The notes under the pieces: model-generated
Told to the model about the DNA's origin: nothing
What the model saw: the letters and a program-made list of their open reading frames with translations, nothing else
Databases searched by the model: none
Shown here: in pieces, positions 56,740 through 64,000 of the stretch
Numbering within the stretch: the first letter of the stretch is position 1
Layout of the letters: each line of letters begins with the position of its first letter
Translations under genes and position numbers: made by a program
Assembly (NCBI GenBank): GCA_963748815.1
Contig: CAVVKJ010000019.1
Span: 25,921-89,920 of the forward strand
Length of the DNA stretch: 64,000 nt
Source of the DNA: an uncultured Gemmatimonadales bacterium
GTDB lineage: Bacteria > Gemmatimonadota > Gemmatimonadetes > Gemmatimonadales > GWC2-71-9
Reading direction: 5' to 3'

Positions 56740-59700
56740 CAGTCCGCCTTGTCGTTGACACCGGGACACCACCCGACCCGCTTGTACCCGCAGAACCCGC
56801 ATTCCTTCGGATGGGCGGTCAGCTCCGCGCCGCCCGCGTCGATGGCGGCCAGCGCGTCCTGCACGCGGCGCCGCGCCCCGGCCCGCTCTTCATCATCGAT
56901 CGGCGTGCTGACCTGCGTCTCGGCGCGCGAGTACTGGAACGCGAACCGCGCCACTGGCATTCCGCCGATCGCCTCGGCGGCGGTCACGTACACGTCCCGC
57001 TGCAGCGCGTACCGGGCCGCGTTCGCGGCCGCCGCCGCGGCGTCACCCTGCGTGGTCTTCACGTCGAGCAGCACCAGGCCATCCGCCTCGCGGGCAGCCA
57101 AGTCGATCATCCCCTCGATCTGCCGGTCCGCTCCCACCAGGTGCACGAACGGCAACTCGTGGCGGCTGGTCGGGTTCTCGGCCACCGCCCGATATTCCGC
57201 TTGCTCGGCCACCAACCGGATCTCCTCGCGCAGCATCTCGCGCAGGTCGCGCTCCTCCGCCGAGTCGGGCGGCATCGCCGAATCATCCCACCGACCGATC
57301 GCGGCATCGAGCAGCGCGTCGGTGTCGGCCTCCTCCTGCATCTGCTCCAGCACGTCGTGCACGATCTGCCCGCGCGCGATGGCGCCGAGGTATCCCTGTC
57401 CCGTCCGCTCGACCGGCGGCTCCTTCAGCCCCGCCACGTATCGCAGCCAGTGCCGCCGAGCGCAGCGCCCGTGACTCATCAGCGAGGTGGCCGAATGGCG
57501 CGCCGGACCCACGGCCACCGGGAGCGGGCCAACCTGCGCCGGCAACTCCGCCGGGAGCGGCTCGACCCACGGATCTGGCGCCTCGACGGACGGTACCGGG
57601 GGACGAGGTGGTGCGAGGTGCACCGTCGCCACGAACTTTCGTCCTCCCTGGCCGGCATACTCAACCTCCCCCCCGTCGACCACCGGCACGGCGAGTCGTC
57701 CCAGCAAGGCTCTGGCTGGGGCAGCTCCACTGCTGGTCGCGCCGCAGACTCCCGCCAGGGTCGATCGCTGCTTGGCCCGCGTGGCCGCCACATACCAGAG
57801 GCGCTTGTGCTCCGCGGCCGACTCCGCATCCTGCTCCGCCTTCAGCGCCGTCCACTCGGCGGGCTGCGGGTCATCCTTGCCGGCATCGGGATCCTTGAGC
57901 GCCAGCGTATCCCGGCCGATGAGGCAGGCGTCGGCGCCCCAGCCCCCGCCGGTCACCGGTTTCCGTTCGAGGTCGCACCAGAAGACGGTGTGCCACTCGA
58001 GCCCTTTGGCGCTGTGGATCGTGGTGAGCGTCATGACATCGTCGGTCGGGCCGTACAGCCGTTCATCTCCTTCTCGATCCTCGCGATCGCGGATGTCCCT
58101 GATGATCTGCAGGAAGTCGCCCACGCTCGAACCCGACTGCTGTCGGGCGATGCGCAGGAACTTTCGCACGTTGGCGATCGCCTGATTCCCCTGCGCGCCC
58201 TGCAGCACCAGGTGGCCCAGGTAACCGCTCCGGTCGAGAAGCCCTTCGAGCAGTTCGTGGATCGGCACGCGATCCCGAAGCACCATCCGTTCCCGCAGCA
58301 GCTCGATTCCCTCGGCAAGCCGTCCGGTTTCGGCCGTGACCGCCTGCGCCAGCGCATCCCACTGCGGCGAGTCCCCCTGCCAGGCGATCTGTAGCAGCGT
58401 TTCGTCCCTGAGCCCGACGAAGGGACTCCGCAGGAATCCCAGGAGCGCCCGGTCGTCCCGCGGATCCCGGATCGTCTCCAGCGCGAGGATGAGATCCAGC
58501 ACCTCGCGCCGCTGGTAGAGTCCCTCGCCCCGCAGGGTGTAGGTCGGGACACCCGCCCGTTCCAGCGCCCGCTGGTAGATCTCCACGTCTCCCATCCCGG
58601 CAAAGAGCGCCGCCATCTCACGGTATGGGACACCCTCCGCCTTCAGCTGCACCGCACGGCGAGCCACCGCCTCCGCCTCCGCCATCCGGCGCGGTTCCGC
58701 GGTGAGCGGCTCGCCGTCGGCGTCGCCCGGCACCACCAGGATTTCCACGGCCCGGTCCGCTGGTCCCTCGGTGGTGTCCACCGCCGTGACCGAGCGGTAG
58801 TTCACCTCGAAGTCCCGGATCGTCGTCCCGTCGATCGGCGTGTCGAGCACCGGCCCGACGGTGGCATCCACGAACCCGAGAATCGGCGCGACGCTGCGGA
58901 AGTTGTCCTCCAGCGCCACGACCGTGCCCAGCCCGCCCTCCTCGAACGCCCGCTCGACCCCACGCCAAACCGTCACGTCGGCGCCGCGGAAGCGGTAGAT
59001 GCTCTGCTTCGGGTCGCCGACCAGCATCAGGCGTGTGGTATCCGCTCGACCTGACTCAGGGTCGGCCAGCAGCCAGGCGATGTCCCGCTGCACCGGGTCC
59101 ACGTCCTGGAACTCGTCCAAGATCAGTGTCCGCAACCGGCGCTGCAGCAGCCGTCGAACCGATCCGTCGTTCCGCAGCAGGTCCCGCGTCCACACGATCA
59201 TCCGATCGAAATCGATCGCGCCCTCGTCTTCCAGTCGACGCTCCAGCAGCAGCCGCGCCCGCTCCGCCAGCTCGGCCACTGCCCGCTCGCCCTCTCCGAG
59301 GCGCGTCGACTGCCGAATCCTCCTCAGCCGGTCGCCATCGCCGAGGAGGCGACGCACCCACCCTTCCACCTCGTCCTGGCGGCGCTGGGCCAGCAGGGCC
59401 TCCAGCCCCGGCACCGCATCCGCATCCAGCGCCTCGATCAGTGCGTCGCGCACCGCCTCAGCGGCCCGTGACCCGCTCTCCCCCTCCTCGAGCACGTTCA
59501 TTCCGGGGTTCTGACCCGACCGCAGCGCCGACTCGCGGAGGATGTCACCACAAAATCCGTGGATCGTCCCGATCCGCGAGTTGTCGACCTGGTAGGCGAC
59601 GTCGCCCAGTCCCGCCTCCCGGAGTGCCGCGCGGAGCTTGCGTTTCAGGTCGGCGGCAGCGGCGTTGGTGAAGGTGATCGCCCCGATCTCCTGCAGGTCG

Positions 59701-59864
59701 ATGGGCGACTCGATCCGTTCTCCCCCCACCTCCGCGCCGAGGAGGTAAAGGATGCGCGCCACGACGGTGGAGGTCTTGCCGGTGCCGGCTCCGGCCGCCA
59801 CCAGCACGTGGCGGTCGACGGCGCGGATCGCCTGCCATTGCGACGGCGTGGGTTGCCGCCTCAC
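56739..59864 (-). CDS. UvrD/Rep-type SF1A helicase with a C-terminal RecB/Cas4-like nuclease (AddA/AdnB-like)
   Basis: 'VAAGAGTGKTS' Walker A, 'LILDEFQDV', 'LEDNFRS', 'TIHSAKGLEW'. C-terminal 'GMIDLAARE..LVLLDVKTT' plus Cys cluster 'C(ARRHW)...ECGFCGYKRVGWC'. Confidence 0.85.
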   Translation of the reverse strand: MRRQPTPSQWQAIRAVDRHVLVAAGAGTGKTSTVVARILYLLGAEVGGERIESPIDLQEIGAITFTNAAAADLKRKLRAALREAGLGDVAYQVDNSRIGTIHGFCGDILRESALRSGQNPGMNVLEEGESGSRAAEAVRDALIEALDADAVPGLEALLAQRRQDEVEGWVRRLLGDGDRLRRIRQSTRLGEGERAVAELAERARLLLERRLEDEGAIDFDRMIVWTRDLLRNDGSVRRLLQRRLRTLILDEFQDVDPVQRDIAWLLADPESGRADTTRLMLVGDPKQSIYRFRGADVTVWRGVERAFEEGGLGTVVALEDNFRSVAPILGFVDATVGPVLDTPIDGTTIRDFEVNYRSVTAVDTTEGPADRAVEILVVPGDADGEPLTAEPRRMAEAEAVARRAVQLKAEGVPYREMAALFAGMGDVEIYQRALERAGVPTYTLRGEGLYQRREVLDLILALETIRDPRDDRALLGFLRSPFVGLRDETLLQIAWQGDSPQWDALAQAVTAETGRLAEGIELLRERMVLRDRVPIHELLEGLLDRSGYLGHLVLQGAQGNQAIANVRKFLRIARQQSGSSVGDFLQIIRDIRDREDREGDERLYGPTDDVMTLTTIHSAKGLEWHTVFWCDLERKPVTGGGWGADACLIGRDTLALKDPDAGKDDPQPAEWTALKAEQDAESAAEHKRLWYVAATRAKQRSTLAGVCGATSSGAAPARALLGRLAVPVVDGGEVEYAGQGGRKFVATVHLAPPRPPVPSVEAPDPWVEPLPAELPAQVGPLPVAVGPARHSATSLMSHGRCARRHWLRYVAGLKEPPVERTGQGYLGAIARGQIVHDVLEQMQEEADTDALLDAAIGRWDDSAMPPDSAEERDLREMLREEIRLVAEQAEYRAVAENPTSRHELPFVHLVGADRQIEGMIDLAAREADGLVLLDVKTTQGDAAAAAANAARYALQRDVYVTAAEAIGGMPVARFAFQYSRAETQVSTPIDDEERAGARRRVQDALAAIDAGGAELTAHPKECGFCGYKRVGWCPGVNDKAD

Positions 59865-62800
59865 ACCGCCTCCCGCGGCCCGCCGGCCACTCGGCAGATG
59901 TCGCGCGCATGGCAGAACGAGGGACAGCCGCAGGAGGGCGGCGGGTTGGCGGGGAATGCGCCGCCGCGCACACTCAGGACGTGGCGCACTACGGCGTCGA
60001 GCGCGGCGTCCATCCGGGTCGCGTCCTCACCGCCGGTGAGCAGCGTCTTCGCCTTGCGATCCACGCTGACCAGCTGGAGACTGTGCACCGCCTCCCGCTG
60101 CTTCAGCGCGCGATACTCCACTCGCGATACCACCGTGCCCGGCCGCAGCGCCGAAAGGGCGTGGGCGTAGAGCGGCACCTGGAGCACCACCCCCTCGTCC
60201 CACGCCTTCTTCTTGCCCCCGCCCGGCGCGGCGTACTTGCTCGACTTGTAGTCCACCGCCGCGACGTAGTGGCTCGACTCGACCCGCTCGTCGATGCCGA
60301 CTTCCACCCGGTCGATGGTGCCCCGGAACCGGAACCGGACGCCTCCCCGTTCGAGGACCGCGTCCGTGAAGCTCAGCTCGTGGCGCTCCACGCCGGTCCG
60401 GAGCACGAACGCGTTGTTGGTGCGATTGTTGAACAGCTTCTCGTTGTAGGCGATCTCGAACTCGAGGTAGCGCGTCAGCATCCGCGCCATGTTGGCCCGC
60501 TTCGCGGGGGCGAGGGAGGGATGGCCGAGCCAGTCCGTCTCCCCCGAGGCGTCGAGGGCCGCGTCGAGCGCGGCGCGGAGCCGCGGGATCGCCTCCGCGT
60601 GGTCGCCCTTGAGGAGCAGGACCGGCTCGCCGCGCCGCGCAAACTCCCCGTCGAAGAACCGGGCGAGCGCGTCGTGGAGGACGGTACCGAAGGTCCTCGG
60701 GTCCATCTCGTCTTCCGGATCCTTCCGTTCCGAAATGCCGAGCAGCCTCGACGAGAAGTACGCCCAGGGACACTTGGCGTACGCCTCGAGCTGGGTCGGG
60801 CTCCAGAGGTACTCGTCCCCGAACTGCCGGCCCAGTCGCGCGACGAGGTCCCGATCGGTGATCTGGCCGTTCCAGGGACCGGGCAGACCCCTGGCTCGGT
60901 CCAGCTCGACGCGCGCCGCATACTCCGCCTGTCGCGCTGCGCCAGGAGTCGCGGCGATCCGCACGCCGGGCGTGAGCACGCGCGACGGCGTCAGGGTGTC
61001 CTCCGCGAGCGTCGCCACTTCGCCGAGCGCCTCGATGAACGCGCTCCGCACCACTTCCCGGCTGGCCGGATCGATGCTCGCGTACGATACCGTGAGCGAC
61101 TCCTGGGCTCCCGCAACAAGGACCCGGAAGAGTTCGCGTTCGCGGCGCTCCCACTCGGCGCGGAGCTCCAGCGAAACGCCCCCTGCCACGAGCGACGCCC
61201 GCTCCGATTCGTCGAGCAGTGGAGAGCCGGGCGCGCGCACCGGGAAGCGGCCCGACTCCATCCCCACCACGAACAGGTGGCGGACATGCCGGTACATCCC
61301 GGCAAGACCCTCAACCACCGGCACGCCCCGCCGGTTCGGCGACCAGAGCGCGATCTCGTGATCCAGCAGGTCGGTGAGTTGTGCGTGGAGATCCACGGCG
61401 CCGAGCGCGGTCGGGCTGGAGCCCCACTCCTCGACCGCCGTTTGCCACTCCTCCACCAGCGTCGTCAGTCCCTTCCATCCCTGGAGGTCGAGCCGCACCA
61501 CGTCGAACCGGTCGCCCGGGACGCGCTCGATGCGCGCCTTCATCTGCCACGGATCGTCGGTGAGGAACCGGTGCAGCCAGGCGAGCCACTCCCTGAGCGG
61601 CTGGCGGACGTCGAGTTCGCGGGCCTGCGCAGCGAATCGGTCGAAGGTGGCTGATTTGCCGTCGGGCGCTGCATCTCGAATGGCCGCCGCCCACTGCTCC
61701 AGGCCGCTCACGCGGCGCGCGAACCCGATCGCGTTGATCTGCGCGGCGTCCACGTCGTTCTCGAAGTACGGCTGGTCGGCCAGCTCCGCGAGCCCGTGCC
61801 GGGACCATCCGTCGGCGGCGGCGCCGAAGAGCGCGGCCAGGGCGCGGACCACGGGGATATCGCGCAGTGCGTGCCGGCGGCGCAGGGTGGCGGGCACCCC
61901 GAACCGTTCCAGCGCGGCGGCGGCCATCTCGGTATAGGGACGGGCCTGGCGGGCCACCACCGCCATCCGGTGCAGCGGGACCCCGTTGTCCGCCAGTTCC
62001 CGGATGCGGCGCGCCACTTCCTCCATTTCGCGCTCCACGTCCGGCGCGGCGATGACCGCGACCGTTCCGGTGCGTGCCGTCGGGGATGAACTGAATAGCC
62101 GGGTGGCGATTGCCTCCGGCTCCTCGAGGCGCTTCACGGTCGGCGCGAGATCGTCACGGAGGTCGAGGAGTTCCGACGAGTAGATGGTGATGCGATCGAG
62201 GGCGGGGTGAGCGCGAAGCGCGCGGAGGAGTGGGCGCCACCCGTTCCGGAGATCCTGCAAACCGAAGAGCCGGAGCTCACGGCGGCCGCCGAGCTGCTCG
62301 GTCGTCCGGTCAGGATCGGCCAGAATGGCCTGGGCGCAGTCCGCCCAGCCATCGCGTCCGTCCCGGCGCCCCGCGGCATTGAGTGCCTCGAGGTACCCGG
62401 CGTAAATGGCCGCGAGCTCGGCATCGCGCACCTGCTCGAAGTCGTCCCTTCCGTCCCGCCCCGCCAGCGCATTTGCGAAGTGCGCCGGTTCGACTCCCTC
62501 ACTGACCAACTCACCGATGAGCCGATCCACCGCCGAGAGGAATCGTTCGAGGTGCCTGAGCCGGCCGAGGAGGCCGGTGGCGCGCTCGCGGATCAGGCGG
62601 GCGAGAAGGGTGCGGCGGTCGAGCTCGGTCAGCGGCCGCCGATCGGTCCGGCCCAGCCACGTCGGGAGTTCCTGGAAGGTGAAGAGCGGCGGATCATACC
62701 AGCCACCCACCCCCCGTTCGAAGGCGAGGGCGTAGAGGTCATCCCGGATGCCCCCCTGCCGGAGCGCCAGGACGACCGATGGTGACGGGAATGGATTCTC

Positions 62801-62905
62801 TGGGGTGGCACGTTGTGGGACCAGGAACTCCGCCGCCGCCTGCTCGAGCAGCAGTCGGGGATCGGTGCCGAGGATCAGGTGCAGCTCGGCCTGGGCAGTG
62901 GCCAC
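59861..62905 (-). CDS. AddB-like subunit: degenerate helicase scaffold + C-terminal PD-(D/E)XK nuclease with an Fe-S-type Cys cluster
   Basis: GTG 62905. No Walker A seen. 'YAKCPWAYF', 'GTIDRVEVG..AAVDYKSSK', 'PSCGCPSFCHARDIC'. GTGA overlap with the AddA-like start. Confidence 0.8.
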   Translation of the reverse strand: MATAQAELHLILGTDPRLLLEQAAAEFLVPQRATPENPFPSPSVVLALRQGGIRDDLYALAFERGVGGWYDPPLFTFQELPTWLGRTDRRPLTELDRRTLLARLIRERATGLLGRLRHLERFLSAVDRLIGELVSEGVEPAHFANALAGRDGRDDFEQVRDAELAAIYAGYLEALNAAGRRDGRDGWADCAQAILADPDRTTEQLGGRRELRLFGLQDLRNGWRPLLRALRAHPALDRITIYSSELLDLRDDLAPTVKRLEEPEAIATRLFSSSPTARTGTVAVIAAPDVEREMEEVARRIRELADNGVPLHRMAVVARQARPYTEMAAAALERFGVPATLRRRHALRDIPVVRALAALFGAAADGWSRHGLAELADQPYFENDVDAAQINAIGFARRVSGLEQWAAAIRDAAPDGKSATFDRFAAQARELDVRQPLREWLAWLHRFLTDDPWQMKARIERVPGDRFDVVRLDLQGWKGLTTLVEEWQTAVEEWGSSPTALGAVDLHAQLTDLLDHEIALWSPNRRGVPVVEGLAGMYRHVRHLFVVGMESGRFPVRAPGSPLLDESERASLVAGGVSLELRAEWERRERELFRVLVAGAQESLTVSYASIDPASREVVRSAFIEALGEVATLAEDTLTPSRVLTPGVRIAATPGAARQAEYAARVELDRARGLPGPWNGQITDRDLVARLGRQFGDEYLWSPTQLEAYAKCPWAYFSSRLLGISERKDPEDEMDPRTFGTVLHDALARFFDGEFARRGEPVLLLKGDHAEAIPRLRAALDAALDASGETDWLGHPSLAPAKRANMARMLTRYLEFEIAYNEKLFNNRTNNAFVLRTGVERHELSFTDAVLERGGVRFRFRGTIDRVEVGIDERVESSHYVAAVDYKSSKYAAPGGGKKKAWDEGVVLQVPLYAHALSALRPGTVVSRVEYRALKQREAVHSLQLVSVDRKAKTLLTGGEDATRMDAALDAVVRHVLSVRGGAFPANPPPSCGCPSFCHARDICRVAGGPREAV

Positions 62906-63015
62906 GCTCGGCTCCGGACGTCGAAGAGGATGGAGGGGTCAATCTCACCCCGGCGTGTGACAGACCTTCATGCTCCAGGGATTGTCACACCCCCATCTCA
63001 AGGTAAGATATCGCT

Positions 63016-63043
63016 CTTCGCGTCTTCGCGTCTTCGCGTGAGC
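63016..63043 (+). repeat. family A repeat, forward
   Basis: CTTCGCGTCTTCGCGTCTTCGCGTGAGC. Confidence 0.9.
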
Positions 63044-63089
63044 TGCGGGCGAGCGCACCGTATCCTGCCGCGGGAGGAGGGTGGACTCT

Positions 63090-63293
63090 ATGGACAACAT
63101 CTTCGACGATCCCTACATCTACTTCATGTTCGAGGACGAGGAAGACGAGGAGAAGAAGCGTCGCCAGGACGCGTTGCAGGAGGAACGCCGGGAAGAGCGG
63201 CGGATGGAACGGGAAGCCGAGCGGGAATTTGGGGACAGCGACGAGGAGGAGGAAGACCTACTGGACGACGACCTGGATGACGACGACGAGTAG
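63090..63293 (+). CDS. small, extremely acidic hypothetical protein
   Basis: ATG 63090 about 10 nt after GGGAGGAGGG. 'MDNIFDDPYIYFMFEDEEDEEKKRRQ...DSDEEEEDLLDDDLDDDDE'. GC3-rich codons. Low-complexity, so coding is uncertain. Confidence 0.4.
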   Translation: MDNIFDDPYIYFMFEDEEDEEKKRRQDALQEERREERRMEREAEREFGDSDEEEEDLLDDDLDDDDE

Positions 63294-63310
63294 GGCCTGC
63301 GGGGACGGCA

Positions 63311-63444
63311 CCTCACGCGAAGCCGCGAAGCGTTTTTTTGTCACTCTCGTCATTTTTCTAAGTTTTTGGCAATATTTTGGCATTTCTTGCCATCATTATG
63401 TCCATTTCTTGTCGTTTTCGCGTCTTCGCGCCTTCGCGAGAGCC
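63311..63444. repeat. 134-bp unit: inverted family A ends bracketing an AT-rich core (MITE-like)
   Basis: Left CCTCACGCGAAGCCGCGAAG (63311-63330). Core 'CGTTTTTTTGTCACTCTCGTCATTTTTCTAAGTTTTTGGCAATATTTTGGCATTTCTTGCC..'. Right TTCGCGTCTTCGCGCCTTCGCGAGAGCC (63417-63444). Confidence 0.75.
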
Positions 63445-63469
63445 CTCGGACCACTGCGGCAGCACCTAT

Positions 63470-63575
63470 CAATCATTGACGAGAATCAGGTTGTTTGTCG
63501 TATTTTTTCCGTATTTCCGGCTGTTTTCCGCTGTTTTCCATCGTTTCTGTTGAATTCCGCGCTTTCGCGTGAGCC
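63470..63575 (+). repeat. second AT-rich module ending in a single-unit family A repeat
   Basis: 'ATCAATCATTGACGAGAATCAGGTTGTTTGTCGTATTTTTTCC...GTTTCTGTTGAATTCCGCGCTTTCGCGTGAGCC'. Confidence 0.7.
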
Positions 63576-63590
63576 CCCAAGCCCTCACCC

Positions 63591-63974
63591 CTACGGGTTG
63601 CACGGCACCCCTTCCCCACCGGACCCGTCTTCGAACCCGCAGCCGCAGGTCACCGCCGGGTCCACTACGACGGCGGCGTAGGTGAAGGGAGCCGCCTGGA
63701 CCGTACAGCTCCCCGCCGAGACCGTCGCCCCGGCGGGATCAAGCACCGTCGTGGTGACCACGGTTCCGCCGGTGAACTCGGTGGTGACCTGCTTCCAGGT
63801 GGCGGGCAGGATCGAGTAGGTGCCGATCGTCCGCGGCCCAACCTGTACCTGCACCCGCAGATCGGTCCTGGCCGTCGAGTTGAAGTAGTCGATGTGCGTC
63901 GGATCCTTGGCGCCCGTCGAGTCGGTGGCGCACCCCGCCACGAGCAGGACGAGAACCGCGAGCCTTCGGAACAT
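63591..63974 (-). CDS. lipoprotein, hypothetical
   Basis: ATG 63974. Lipobox 'LLVAGC'. 127 aa, beta-rich. Confidence 0.6.
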   Translation of the reverse strand: MFRRLAVLVLLVAGCATDSTGAKDPTHIDYFNSTARTDLRVQVQVGPRTIGTYSILPATWKQVTTEFTGGTVVTTTVLDPAGATVSAGSCTVQAAPFTYAAVVVDPAVTCGCGFEDGSGGEGVPCNP

Positions 63975-64000
63975 GGTGCCCCCATGTCGTAATGGTGCCA

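Overview
High-G+C bacterial chromosomal window (hand counts about 70% in core genes); the taxon cannot be determined from sequence alone. 1-29 kb is mostly housekeeping: a zinc-ribbon Ser/Thr kinase with a TPR tail, a beta-lactamase-family hydrolase, an APC permease beside a KdpD/KdpE-type two-component pair, tRNA-Phe, a PLP decarboxylase, upp, a beta-CASP MBL hydrolase, an ArsB/NhaD permease, a dihaem cytochrome c, a 2Fe-2S plus molybdopterin oxidoreductase pair, a Ca2+/H+ exchanger and an outer-membrane barrel. 29-54 kb is accessory. It holds an RHH/nucleotidyltransferase/macro-domain operon, a GxxExxY gene, an SGNH hydrolase and a MerR-vWA pair. It also holds a HEPN-motif protein/DUF429/unknown operon, divergent from a very large Cas4/Dna2-like nuclease + SF1B helicase gene. 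From 43.3 to 54.1 kb lies a visibly lower-G+C, co-directional restriction/defence island: a 255-aa unknown, GHKL-ATPase-DUF3883, GmrSD-like DUF262/DUF1524, type III mod (one in-frame TAG), res (split in two ORFs) and a DUF6946-like protein. 54-64 kb returns to high G+C with two WYL regulators in one operon with an AddA/AddB-like helicase-nuclease pair. Two things recur. At least five families of short GC-rich intergenic repeats, plus AT-rich modules, fill the spacers. About 15 recognisable genes need frameshifts to be read through (assembly indels or real decay; this cannot be decided here). No rRNA, CRISPR array, integrase or transposase was recognised. The best candidates for an undescribed system are the 255-aa + GHKL-DUF3883 pair, the HEPN/DUF429 operon with its divergent nuclease-helicase, and the RHH-NTase-macro operon.
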